64,000 bases of DNA from an uncultured Gemmatimonadales bacterium (GCA_963728915.1 CAVSLV010000004.1:160001-224000); one strand, 5' to 3'; counted from the first letter of the stretch, positions 49,682 to 58,893 are shown. Translations and numbers: made by a program. The notes: generated from the letters alone by a model not told the origin.

Positions 49682-50806
49682 ATGTCTACCTGGCAGGAGC
49701 TTCTCAAGCAGCGCTCCATCACCAGCATCGAAGCGCTCGCCGAACGGTTCGGCCCGGAGCACTTCCCGCCCAGCCATTACGAGAGACTCCGCCAGGCCAT
49801 CGATAACTTCGAGTTTCGGATCTCGCCCCCGATGGTGGACCTGATCGAGTCGCCCGACGACCCGATCTGGCGCCAGTACATCCCCACCGTGCAGGAGCTG
49901 GACGTCGTGGACGGGATCGTGGACTCGCTGGAAGAGGACCGCGACAGCCCGGTTCCCAATATCACCCATCGCTATCCCGATCGCGCGCTCTTCCTGGTGT
50001 CTCCGGTTTGCGCGAGCTATTGCCGGTTCTGCACCCGACGCCGCAAGGTGGGCGACCCCGAGAAGATCCCGATGTCGCAGTTCGAATCCGCCTTCCAGTA
50101 TCTGGAGGCGCATACCGAGATCCGCGACGTCATCATGTCGGGCGGCGATCCCCTCATGCTCTCGGATCGCCGCCTCGAAAGCATGTTGACCCGGCTCAGG
50201 GCCATCGAACACATCGAGATCATCCGGATCGGGAGCCGGGTCCCCTGCCACTTGCCCGAGCGGATCACCCCGGAGCTCTGCGCGATGCTCAGGAAGTTCC
50301 ATCCGCTCTTCATCAATACCCATTTCAATCACCCGCTGGAGCTTACCCCTTCGGCGGTGGCGGGCCTGGGCCGGCTCGCCGATGCCGGCATCCCGCTCGG
50401 CTGCCAGACGGTCCTTCTCAAAGGGGTGAACGACGATCCCCAGGTGATGGTCAAGCTGATGCAGGGGCTCCTCAAGGCCCGGGTCAGGCCGTACTACATC
50501 TACATGGCCGACCAGGTGGCGGGCGGCGAGCACTTCCGGACCTCCGTGGAAACCGGTCTCCGCATCATGAAGGCCTTGCGAGGATGGACCAGCGGACTGG
50601 CCAATCCGTATTTCGTCATCGATGCCCCAGGTGGAGGTGGCAAGGTGCCGCTCCTCCCCGAGTACGTCGAGAGCGTGACCGAAGACGAGGTGGTGTTCCG
50701 GAACTTCAAGGGGGACCGCTACGTCTATCGCCAACCCAAGCCGGGACAGAACGGAAAGCGAATCCCGGAGCCGGAATATCTCATCGAGGCGATCCCCGGT
50801 AGCTGA
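49682..50806 (+). CDS. kamA: KamA-family radical SAM/PLP enzyme (lysine 2,3-aminomutase-like)
   Basis: THRYPDR, CASYCRFC, SGGDPL, THFNHP, DAPGGGGK PLP-Lys. Confidence 0.88.
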   Translation: MSTWQELLKQRSITSIEALAERFGPEHFPPSHYERLRQAIDNFEFRISPPMVDLIESPDDPIWRQYIPTVQELDVVDGIVDSLEEDRDSPVPNITHRYPDRALFLVSPVCASYCRFCTRRRKVGDPEKIPMSQFESAFQYLEAHTEIRDVIMSGGDPLMLSDRRLESMLTRLRAIEHIEIIRIGSRVPCHLPERITPELCAMLRKFHPLFINTHFNHPLELTPSAVAGLGRLADAGIPLGCQTVLLKGVNDDPQVMVKLMQGLLKARVRPYYIYMADQVAGGEHFRTSVETGLRIMKALRGWTSGLANPYFVIDAPGGGGKVPLLPEYVESVTEDEVVFRNFKGDRYVYRQPKPGQNGKRIPEPEYLIEAIPGS

Positions 50807-50821
50807 TCGCCCCCGGCACCC

Positions 50822-52414
50822 TCACCGATCTCGGAGCTTCCATCCTGGGAGTCCCGCCAGCCACGAATACGGATCGATCGCCACGCCTTCCAGGCGCCGC
50901 GGGATCGCGGCGACCTGGGTGGGATTGTAGAGCCAGATCCCCGGCACGTCGGCATTCAGGGTATCCATGGCTTCGCGCCATGCCGTTCGGGCCAGCGCAA
51001 CCGATCCGGGGAACCACGCCGCCCGGTGAAAGAGCGAATCGAATACCGGATTGGCGTAGCGAGTGTAGTTCAGCTTGCCGATACCGCCCCTGGTCCATTG
51101 ATCCGCCAGGCTTCGGGGGCTCGGCTCGTCGAGCCATGCGCCGATGAAGCTTTCGAATTTGCCGGTCCGCAATCGCTCCTGAAAGACCGGGAAGTCCACC
51201 GAGGTGACCGTCGCGCCGATCCCGGCCTGGCGCCACATCTCCTGCACCACCTGGGCAAGGTTCCTCCGGGCGATGCTGGTGCCGGGGACCAGAATGTCCA
51301 GCGTGAGCCGACGCCCCGCACGCGCCCGCATTCCGTCGGCGCCTCGGCTCCATCCCCCTGCATCGAGCAGCGTCGCCGCGCTGTCCCGGCTGTACGGGAT
51401 GCCGGCTGTGCTCGAATCGTAGATCCAGAGAATCCGTGACATGGGTCCGGGCGGGGCGATCGCATCCCGGCCGAACACGCCGCGCGCCGCCAATCCACGA
51501 TCCAAAGCCATTGCCAGGGCTCGGCGGACCTCGCGAGATCGAAGCGGACTTGCCGCGGCTCCGCCCAGGTTGAAGCCGAGAAAGCCGTACACGGCCGCCG
51601 GGTACGAGACGGTGTCGAACACGGTATCGGCCCTGACCCGCGCCACCCGCGCGGAATCTCCCACCGATTCGACCAGGTCGGCTTCGTGGCTGAGCAGCAG
51701 GTTCAACGCGGCATCCGGTTCGCCGGCGAAGCGCCAGACGACTCGTTGGATTCCCGTCCCCCCAGCCACCCGCTCGAGGGTAAGCGATTGCCCTTTGTTC
51801 CACGCCGCGAGCCGGTAAGGTCCTGAGCCGATCAGGCGTGCGGCGCTACTGTCCGCGGCCCATTCGCTCCGCGGGATGGAATCCCACAGGTGACGGGGGA
51901 GAACCCGAACGTACCAGGTGGCTGTGTACCATTGCTCCGGATCCGGCTCGGGAAACCGTATCTGGACGGTCGAGTCGTCCACTGCATTCGCGGTGATCCG
52001 CGATACGAGCTCCTGGCCCCCGGCTTCGAGAATGGTGTCCCCGTAGGCCTCGAAGGAGAATGCCACATCCTGAGCTGTCACCGGCCGGCCGTCGTGCCAG
52101 GTGGCCCCCGGCCGGAGATGGAACCGGAGGGTCAGCGAGTCCACCCGTTCCCACCGAGTCGCGAGGCCCGGGCGGTAAGCCGAGCTATCGACCGGCGGCG
52201 CATGCGCGGGCAGCGATGCCAGTCGCTCAAAGATCAGATCGCTGATGTCCCGGCCCAGCGACCCCTGGACCAACGGCGGCAGGATGGCGTCGGGGATTCC
52301 GGTCGCGGCCACCACCAGGGTGTTGCAGCGAGCGCAGTCTTTCTCGGCGGGTCCGCAGGCCATGGCAATGCTGGTCAGAGCCGTGAGAACCCGAGACAGA
52401 GTCCGTGGCTTCAC
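50822..52414 (-). CDS. Peptide/nickel ABC transporter substrate-binding lipoprotein (SBP family 5)
   Basis: Lipobox AMAC, FHLRPGATWHDGRPVTAQDVAFS, IGSGPY, VRRALAMALDR; start approximate (GTG 52414). Confidence 0.85.
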   Translation of the reverse strand: MKPRTLSRVLTALTSIAMACGPAEKDCARCNTLVVAATGIPDAILPPLVQGSLGRDISDLIFERLASLPAHAPPVDSSAYRPGLATRWERVDSLTLRFHLRPGATWHDGRPVTAQDVAFSFEAYGDTILEAGGQELVSRITANAVDDSTVQIRFPEPDPEQWYTATWYVRVLPRHLWDSIPRSEWAADSSAARLIGSGPYRLAAWNKGQSLTLERVAGGTGIQRVVWRFAGEPDAALNLLLSHEADLVESVGDSARVARVRADTVFDTVSYPAAVYGFLGFNLGGAAASPLRSREVRRALAMALDRGLAARGVFGRDAIAPPGPMSRILWIYDSSTAGIPYSRDSAATLLDAGGWSRGADGMRARAGRRLTLDILVPGTSIARRNLAQVVQEMWRQAGIGATVTSVDFPVFQERLRTGKFESFIGAWLDEPSPRSLADQWTRGGIGKLNYTRYANPVFDSLFHRAAWFPGSVALARTAWREAMDTLNADVPGIWLYNPTQVAAIPRRLEGVAIDPYSWLAGLPGWKLRDR

Positions 52415-52480
52415 CGCAACATTGGTGATCTGTACATGAACAGCTGAGCGCATGAGTTCGGAATCATGTCGATCTATCAC

Positions 52481-52600
52481 TGTATGATTCCTCCGTAGTG
52501 CAGTGTATTGCTGTAATAGTGTAATATTATGTACAATATGATGTTACATAACGCTGCAAGATCGCGCTGTTCTTCTATTAAACGCAACGCCATAGTCAGG
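52481..52600. promoter_or_regulatory. AT-rich divergent promoter region 1
   Basis: Sharp AT-rich island; contains ATATGATGTTACATAA (52536-52551). Confidence 0.6.
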
Positions 52601-52674
52601 CACAGCGGTTGCTCTGGTCATATGCCCAGGAAGTTGACAGCAAATCAACCTGCTTGCCGAATGGAGCGTTGTCC

Positions 52675-53199
52675 ATGCGTCGTCCCCGGTTCTTCCTCAA
52701 TACGATCCTCGGCGTTGTCATCGCCGCCGGATGCTCGAATGTGCCATCGGCTCCGGTGCAGGAGGAATCTCCGGCGCAGCCGAACCTGATCGGTTCGTTG
52801 ATTTCCGCTCTGCTTCCCGGCTCCTGCCCGAACCAGGAGAGTGCCGAGACCAGCGCGGTCATCGGTCCCAGGGGCGGCACCCTCCAGGTCGGTGCCCACA
52901 CCATCGTTATTCCCCCTTCTGCCCTTTCGAAGGACATCAGGATCACCGCGAAGACGGGGAGCCAGGCCGGTAACGCGATCCAGTTCGGTCCCGAAGGCCT
53001 TCGGTTCAACACCTACGCGACGGTCACGTTCGACATTTCCAACTGTCGTGGATGGGGGCTCCTGAGACTTCCGGTGGTGGTGTACACCGACAACCTGTTG
53101 CTCTCGATTCTGGAGCTCGAGCCTTCGGTCGTGAACAGTCGGGAGAAGACCGTCAGCGGCCACATCACCCACTTCTCCCGCTACGCGGTGGCGTACTGA
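52675..53199 (+). CDS. Hypothetical lipoprotein (ZU5-like beta domain)
   Basis: Lipobox AAGC; IGPRGGTL...IPPSAL, FGPEGLRF, HFSRYAVAY. Confidence 0.7.
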   Translation: MRRPRFFLNTILGVVIAAGCSNVPSAPVQEESPAQPNLIGSLISALLPGSCPNQESAETSAVIGPRGGTLQVGAHTIVIPPSALSKDIRITAKTGSQAGNAIQFGPEGLRFNTYATVTFDISNCRGWGLLRLPVVVYTDNLLLSILELEPSVVNSREKTVSGHITHFSRYAVAY

Positions 53200-53241
53200 T
53201 TCGGTAACGCACGACGAACTTCTGAAAGGAAGGCGGACCTC

Positions 53242-53301
53242 ATGCGTTGTCGCAAGGCGTTCCTGAGCACGATCCTGGGCGTTTCGGTCCTCGTCCACTG
53301 A
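53242..53301 (+). CDS. 19-aa hydrophobic micro-ORF MRCRKAFLSTILGVSVLVH
   Basis: GAAAGGAAGG SD-like tract; its stop overlaps the ATG of the next gene (TGATG). Confidence 0.45.
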   Translation: MRCRKAFLSTILGVSVLVH

Positions 53302-54353
53302 TGTCGGCAAAGCCGATGTACTCGTCCTCGATGCCCGAACCGGCTCAGACCGCCGCCCAGGTGCTCCTTCGGACCGGACGAGCGCACGACCGCGCCGGCA
53401 GAACCGAAGACGCCATCGCCTCCTACCAGCAGGCGATCCGGCTGGCCGAAGCGGGCGGCCGTCCCGACAAAGCCGTGCTGGTGGAGGCCCTGCGCCGCCT
53501 CGGTGTGGTTCGCCATTGGCGCAATGAAATCGCCGAGGCGCGGATGCTCTGCCGCCGGAGCCTCAAGGAAGCCAGCCTGTTCGGGGACCCGGCGCTCGCC
53601 GGCGAAGCGCTGAATGCGCTCGCGGGATTCGACACCGAGACGGGCGATCTTGCCGCGGCCCGGGCCCTCTATCGGACCGCGCTACCCCTGGCCGACGGCT
53701 CGCCCGGGCTGCGCGGACGGATCGAGCAGAACCTCGGCATCGTGGCGAGCATTCAGGGCGATCACGACGATGCCTTCCAGCACTACCATCGCTCCCTCGA
53801 CGCCTTCCAGGAGGCCGGCGACGATCCTGGGGCGGCCATTGCCTATCACAACCTCGGACTCATTGGCAGCCGCCGGGGCGAGCTCAACGAGGCCGAGAGG
53901 TGCTTCTCGGCCAGCGCCACTCGAGCAGTGCGCGGAGGCGACGTCTACCTGGAAGGGCTGTGCGAGCTGAGCCGCGCCGAGGTCTCCCTTCGAAAAGAGG
54001 AGTACAGCGGTGCGCTCGGACGGGCCGAGCGTGCCCTGGAGATCTTCGAGCAGATCGGCGCCCGGTTGGCCCAGGGGACCGCGTATCGGGTGATTGGCAT
54101 GGTCCTCCGCGAGACGGGCCGGGTCGCCCTGGCGGAAGACCGGTTCCGGACCGCCCTCAACATCGCGAAGGAAACCGGATCGCTCCTCGACCAGGCGGAA
54201 ACGGCTCGGGAGATGGCTTGCCTGCACCAGCGAACCGGGGAAAGGAAGGAAGCCGTCGCCCTCTTCACCGTGGCCAGGGACCTGTTCCAGAAACTTGATG
54301 CCCGCCTCGATCTCGAGGATGTGGGCCGCCGAATGGCCGAGCTGGCCGCATGA
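53301..54353 (+). CDS. TPR-only protein, copy 1
   Basis: Consecutive TPRs (EALNALAG, IEQNLGIV, AYHNLGLI); no enzymatic domain. Confidence 0.85.
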   Translation: MSAKPMYSSSMPEPAQTAAQVLLRTGRAHDRAGRTEDAIASYQQAIRLAEAGGRPDKAVLVEALRRLGVVRHWRNEIAEARMLCRRSLKEASLFGDPALAGEALNALAGFDTETGDLAAARALYRTALPLADGSPGLRGRIEQNLGIVASIQGDHDDAFQHYHRSLDAFQEAGDDPGAAIAYHNLGLIGSRRGELNEAERCFSASATRAVRGGDVYLEGLCELSRAEVSLRKEEYSGALGRAERALEIFEQIGARLAQGTAYRVIGMVLRETGRVALAEDRFRTALNIAKETGSLLDQAETAREMACLHQRTGERKEAVALFTVARDLFQKLDARLDLEDVGRRMAELAA

Positions 54354-54354
54354 C

Positions 54355-55980
54355 ATGAGTCGCCCTTCGCAGTCGCTCCTTCCCCAGCCCGACTCGGAGC
54401 CGCGCCCCGCCGGCGCAATGCTTCGGGCCGGGCGTTCGCACGATCGGGCCGGCCGGCTCGATCAGGCGCTCATCGCGTACAGTGAGGCCATCGCGCTCGC
54501 CGAACTGGATCCCGAGCCCGCGGTGCTGGTCGAGGCGCTGCGTCGCAAGGCGGTGGTTCATCATCGCCGGAACGAGCCGTCGCTCGCCTCCGAGCTCTGT
54601 CAGCGGAGCTATGACGAGGCCGTCGCCCTGGGCGACCGCACTCTCGCAGGCGAAGCGATGAATGCCATGGGCGGTTTCCGAATGCAGATCGGAGACCTCG
54701 ACGAGGCCGAGGCCGCTTTCCAGGCTGCCCTGCGCCTGGCCCAATCCGACAGTTCCCTCCTCGGAAGAATCCATCAGAACCTGGGCATCCTCTCCAGCAT
54801 CCGGGGGCACCGGGAACAGGCCATGCAACACTATGGCCTTTCCCTCGAAGCCTTCAAGGAAGCGGGCGACGAGCGGGGGACCGCGATCGGCTACCACAAC
54901 CTGGGAATGGTGGCGAGTCAGCGGGGCGACCTGGATCAGGCCGAGGCTTCCCTCTCCCGCGGCGCGATGATCGCGGCCCAGATCGAAGACGTGCACCTGG
55001 AAGGACTCTGTTGGCTCAACCTCGCCGCGGTGTCCCACAAGGCGCAGCAGTTCGCCGATGCCCTGAAACGGGCCGAAGCCTCCCTCGCGATCTTCGAGCA
55101 ACTCGGCTCGGACGCCGACAAGGCGGACGCCTACAAGGTGATCGGCATGGTGTTCCGCGACACCGGACGTCCTGTCATGGGGGAATCGCGGCTCCGCGCG
55201 GCGGCCCAGATGGCGGTTCAGACCACCTCGGTCCTCACCGAAGCAGAGGCTTCCCGCGAGCTGGCGCTGCTCTATCAGACGGTGGGGCGGAATCAGGAGG
55301 CCCTGGGGCTCCTGAACCACGCCCACGGCTTGTTCTCCCGGCTCCGCGCCCAGATCGAGCTGGTGGACGTTGCCGGCAAGCAGCAGGAGCTCGAGGGGAC
55401 CTTCCTTCTCGTGGTGCGAGAGTGGGGTCAGTCGATCGAATCATCCGATCACTACACCCACGGGCACTGTGAGCGAGTTGCCGAGTACGCCCTCGCGGTG
55501 GCCCAGGCGCTCGGCTGCGATGCGATCCAGCAGACGACGGTGCGATTGGGGGCGTACCTGCACGACGTTGGCAAGGTGAGAGTTCCCCACGAAGTGCTGA
55601 ACAAGCCAGGCCGGCTCACCGACGAGGAATTCGAGCTGATGAAGCTCCACACGGTCCACGGCGTGGAGCTGCTCGCCGGGATCGAGTTCCCCTGGGACAT
55701 CAAGCCGATCATCCGGTGGCACCACGAGAAGCTGGATGGAACCGGCTACCCCGATCGGTTGAAGGGCGACGAAATCCCGCTCACCGCCCAGATCATCGGC
55801 ATCTCGGATGTCTATGACGCGCTCACGACGACCCGGAGCTACCGGGCCGCCATGCCGAGATCCGCAGCCCTGGCGGAGATGCAGCGTTGCCGGGGCTGGT
55901 GGCGTCCGGCGGTCTTCGAGGCGTTCATGCAGTCCATCGGCGCCGACCTCACCGAATCCGACCTGATCTCCGCTGCATAA
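54355..55980 (+). CDS. TPR-HD-GYP phosphodiesterase, copy 1
   Basis: TPRs, then GHCERV, LHDVGK, HHEKLDGTGYP, DVYDALTTTRSYR. Confidence 0.92.
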   Translation: MSRPSQSLLPQPDSEPRPAGAMLRAGRSHDRAGRLDQALIAYSEAIALAELDPEPAVLVEALRRKAVVHHRRNEPSLASELCQRSYDEAVALGDRTLAGEAMNAMGGFRMQIGDLDEAEAAFQAALRLAQSDSSLLGRIHQNLGILSSIRGHREQAMQHYGLSLEAFKEAGDERGTAIGYHNLGMVASQRGDLDQAEASLSRGAMIAAQIEDVHLEGLCWLNLAAVSHKAQQFADALKRAEASLAIFEQLGSDADKADAYKVIGMVFRDTGRPVMGESRLRAAAQMAVQTTSVLTEAEASRELALLYQTVGRNQEALGLLNHAHGLFSRLRAQIELVDVAGKQQELEGTFLLVVREWGQSIESSDHYTHGHCERVAEYALAVAQALGCDAIQQTTVRLGAYLHDVGKVRVPHEVLNKPGRLTDEEFELMKLHTVHGVELLAGIEFPWDIKPIIRWHHEKLDGTGYPDRLKGDEIPLTAQIIGISDVYDALTTTRSYRAAMPRSAALAEMQRCRGWWRPAVFEAFMQSIGADLTESDLISAA

Positions 55981-56029
55981 CCATCGCCGCACCGCGTAGG
56001 ATCAGCGCGACACTTGACCCCCAGATTCC

Positions 56030-56150
56030 CAGGTATTCCATATTCAACTGCACAGATTTATTACAGTTTATGGTCCAGTTTATCTCATGTATCTCAATGC
56101 AATATATAATGTTATATAATAGAGCAAATTTTTGCTGTATTGTTGATGTG
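56030..56150 (+). promoter_or_regulatory. AT-rich promoter region 2
   Basis: AT-rich island; ATATAATGTTATATAA (56104-56119), TATAAT boxes, palindrome AGCAAAttTTTGCT (56123-56136). Confidence 0.6.
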
Positions 56151-56197
56151 CGGTAGCTCCCGATACGGCACATCGGTTGCTCGATGGGGATTTCACC

Positions 56198-57247
56198 ATG
56201 ACCATCTCCGCTCCCGAGCCCCTGTCCTCCGAAGTGCCGCCGAATGCCGGGCAGGTGCTCCTTCGCTCCGGAATCGCCCACGATCACGCGGGGCGACTGG
56301 AGCAAGCGATCGCTGCGTACGAGCAGGCGATCCGGGTCGCCAGGATGGGTGGCCGAAGACAGCGCCGCATCGTGATCGAAGCCCTTCGCCGCCACGCCGT
56401 GGTGCGGCAGCGTCGGAACGAGCTCGACCTGGCCCGCGACCTTGTGCAGCGGAGCCTCGAAGAAGCGCGAACCCTCGCCGACCCGGTGATGACGGGAGAA
56501 GCCCTGAACACACTCGGCGAGTTCGACATCGCAGCCGGCGACCTCGACGTCGCGGCGGAGCGGTTTCGCGCCGGCCTGGAGCTCGCCGCCAATTCCGCCG
56601 AGCTGCAGGCTCGCATCGAACAGAACCTCGGGCTCATCGCGACCATCCGAGGCCGCCACGAAGACGCGCGACTCCACCTCCGCCGCGCGCTGGATGGCTT
56701 CGATCAGCATGGGGGCGATGCCGAGATCGCCGCCGCCTTTCACCACCTCGGCACCATCGAGATGCGCCGTGGCGAATTCCTCGAAGCCGAGCAGTGTTTC
56801 TCGCTGAGCGCGGCTCGGGGGGCGCGGAGCGGCGATGTCAGCCTCGAGGCTCGTTGTCAGCTGGGCCGGGCCGAGATCGCCTTCCGGCGGGGTCACCACA
56901 GCACCGCCCTGCGGTTGGCCGAGGGCGCCCTCGAGGTGTTCGAGCAGAAGGGCGTCCGAGCCCCTCAAGCGTGTGCCTATCGAATCATCGGGATGGTCCT
57001 GCGTGACAGCGGACGCGCCGCGCTCGCCGAGGACCGGCTCCGCACCGCCATGACCATCGCGCGGGAAACCGAAGTGGTCCCGGAACAGGCCGCGGCGGCT
57101 CGGGAGCTGGCCCGCCTGCATCAGAACACCGGGCGAACTGGGGAGGCGGCCGTCCTTCTCGACTCCGCCCGAATGCTGTTCGAACGCCTCGGTGCGAGCC
57201 TCGAGCTTGAAGAAACCGACCGTCGGATCGCCGAGATCGCGGCCTGA
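56198..57247 (+). CDS. TPR-only protein, copy 2
   Basis: Colinear paralog of 53301-54353 (QVLLRxG..HD.AGR, IEQNLG, AYR.IGMVLR, LAEDR). Confidence 0.85.
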   Translation: MTISAPEPLSSEVPPNAGQVLLRSGIAHDHAGRLEQAIAAYEQAIRVARMGGRRQRRIVIEALRRHAVVRQRRNELDLARDLVQRSLEEARTLADPVMTGEALNTLGEFDIAAGDLDVAAERFRAGLELAANSAELQARIEQNLGLIATIRGRHEDARLHLRRALDGFDQHGGDAEIAAAFHHLGTIEMRRGEFLEAEQCFSLSAARGARSGDVSLEARCQLGRAEIAFRRGHHSTALRLAEGALEVFEQKGVRAPQACAYRIIGMVLRDSGRAALAEDRLRTAMTIARETEVVPEQAAAARELARLHQNTGRTGEAAVLLDSARMLFERLGASLELEETDRRIAEIAA

Positions 57248-57248
57248 T

Positions 57249-58880
57249 ATGATCGCCTCTGCCGCTTCGCGAATCGCCGGGAATCATGACCTGGATCTGC
57301 GTCCCGCCGGAGCCATGCTTCGGGCGGGCCGTTCCCACGACCGGGCCGGACGGCTCGACCACGCCCTCTCTGCCTACGCGGAAGCCATCGCGCTGGCCGA
57401 GTTGAGCGGTGAGCGCCCCGTCCTGGTCGAAGCCCTGCGACGGAAAGCCATGATTCACCATCGCCGGGGAGAGTCCGCGCCCGCCATTCAGTTCGGGGAG
57501 CGCAGCTATGACGAAGCGGTGGCCCTGGGCGATCGCGTCCTCGCTGGAGAAGCCTTGAATGGACTCGGCGGGTTCCGGGTGGCGGCGGGCCAGCTCGACG
57601 AGGCCAGAGCCATCCTCCGGGATGCCCTCCGGGTCGCCCAGGGAGATCAGGCCGTCCTGGGACGAATTCACCGGACCCTCGGCACCCTCGCGGGAATCGA
57701 AGGCCGGCTCACCGAGGCAACCGAGCACTTTCACCTCTCGCTCAGCGCCTTCGACCAGGTCGGCGACGATGGGGAGGCCGCCCTCGCGTGTTACCATGTG
57801 GGGGTCGATGCCAGCCAGCGCGAGGATTTCATCGACGCGGAAGCCTCTCTCAGCAGGAGCGCGGTCCTGGCGGCCCGCACCGAAGATGTCCATCTGGAAG
57901 GCCGTTGCTGGCTTGGATTGGCCGTCGTGGCGCACCGGAAGCAACAGTACGCCGACGCGATGAAACGGGCGGAGGCCGCCCTGGGGATCTTCGCGCAGCT
58001 CGGCTGCCCCATGGGGAAAGCCGATGCCTACCGGATGATCGGAATGATCTTTCGCGATAGCGGATACTCCCTGCTCGCGGAAGCCCGGCTGCGCGCCTCG
58101 GCGGAGATTGCCGCCGGGGCGTCGTTGCCGTTTGCGGAGGCTGAGGCATGCCGGGAGCTCGCCCTGCTCCACCACCACACCCTGGGCCGGCCCCGGGAGG
58201 CTCTGTCCCTGCTGGGGCACGCGCGTGGCCTGATGAGCCGCCTGTCCCCGGTGAACGAGCTCGGGGATGCAGCGGCCAGGCAGCGCGACCTTCTGGCAAC
58301 CATGCTGCGGGTCGGTCGCGAGTGGGGACAGACCATCGAAGCGGCGGAGCCGTATTTTCGCGGACATTCGGAGCGGGTCGCCGAATATGCGGTAACCGTG
58401 GCGACGGCGCTGGGATACTCTGAAGAAGAGCTCGCCCTGGTGCGGCTGGGCGGGTATCTCCACGACATTGGCAAGTCCCGGGTCCCTCACGAAGTGCTCA
58501 CCAAGCCGGCGCGACTGACGGCGGAGGAATTCGCCCAGATGCGGCGCCACTCCGTCTATGGCGCCGAGCTGATTCAGGGGATGGAATCACCCTGGGATCT
58601 GGAACCGATGATCCGGTGGCACCATGAGCGGGCCGACGGGAGCGGGTATCCCGACGAGCTTCGGGGGGACGCGATTCCGGTCGCTGCCCAGGTGATCGGA
58701 ATTGCGGACGTGTACGATGCGCTCACCACCGCGCGGAGCTACCGTCCCGCCATGCCGCGGGATCTGGCCCTCGCCGAAATGCGACGCTGCCGCGACTGGT
58801 GGCGCCCGGAGGTCTACGACGCCTTCCTGCAGACGCTTGGAGCGGATCTCAGCGAATCGGAGCTGATCGCGGCGGCCTGA
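57249..58880 (+). CDS. TPR-HD-GYP phosphodiesterase, copy 2
   Basis: Paralog of 54355-55980; GHSERV, LHDIGK, HHERADGSGYP, DVYDALTTARSYR. Confidence 0.92.
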   Translation: MIASAASRIAGNHDLDLRPAGAMLRAGRSHDRAGRLDHALSAYAEAIALAELSGERPVLVEALRRKAMIHHRRGESAPAIQFGERSYDEAVALGDRVLAGEALNGLGGFRVAAGQLDEARAILRDALRVAQGDQAVLGRIHRTLGTLAGIEGRLTEATEHFHLSLSAFDQVGDDGEAALACYHVGVDASQREDFIDAEASLSRSAVLAARTEDVHLEGRCWLGLAVVAHRKQQYADAMKRAEAALGIFAQLGCPMGKADAYRMIGMIFRDSGYSLLAEARLRASAEIAAGASLPFAEAEACRELALLHHHTLGRPREALSLLGHARGLMSRLSPVNELGDAAARQRDLLATMLRVGREWGQTIEAAEPYFRGHSERVAEYAVTVATALGYSEEELALVRLGGYLHDIGKSRVPHEVLTKPARLTAEEFAQMRRHSVYGAELIQGMESPWDLEPMIRWHHERADGSGYPDELRGDAIPVAAQVIGIADVYDALTTARSYRPAMPRDLALAEMRRCRDWWRPEVYDAFLQTLGADLSESELIAAA

Positions 58881-58893
58881 TTAGTTTTGTCGG

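Noticed and set aside
52511..52551. Resemblance to a dif/XerD arm (TTATGTACAAT, TGATGTTACAT; also TAATGTTATAT near 56107)
   Set aside because: Only 9/11 matches to the XerD arm and no XerC arm at 6-bp spacing; better explained as promoter/operator DNA
56070..56156. Short ORF MVQFISCISMQYIMLYNRANFCCIVDVR as a second signalling peptide
   Set aside because: No SD, AT-rich codons unlike the genome, overlaps the promoter-like motif, and no similarity to the 53242 peptide
52481..58880. Horizontally acquired island or prophage
   Set aside because: Only the intergenic regions are AT-rich; the coding regions look host-like, and no integrase, att repeat or tRNA was found
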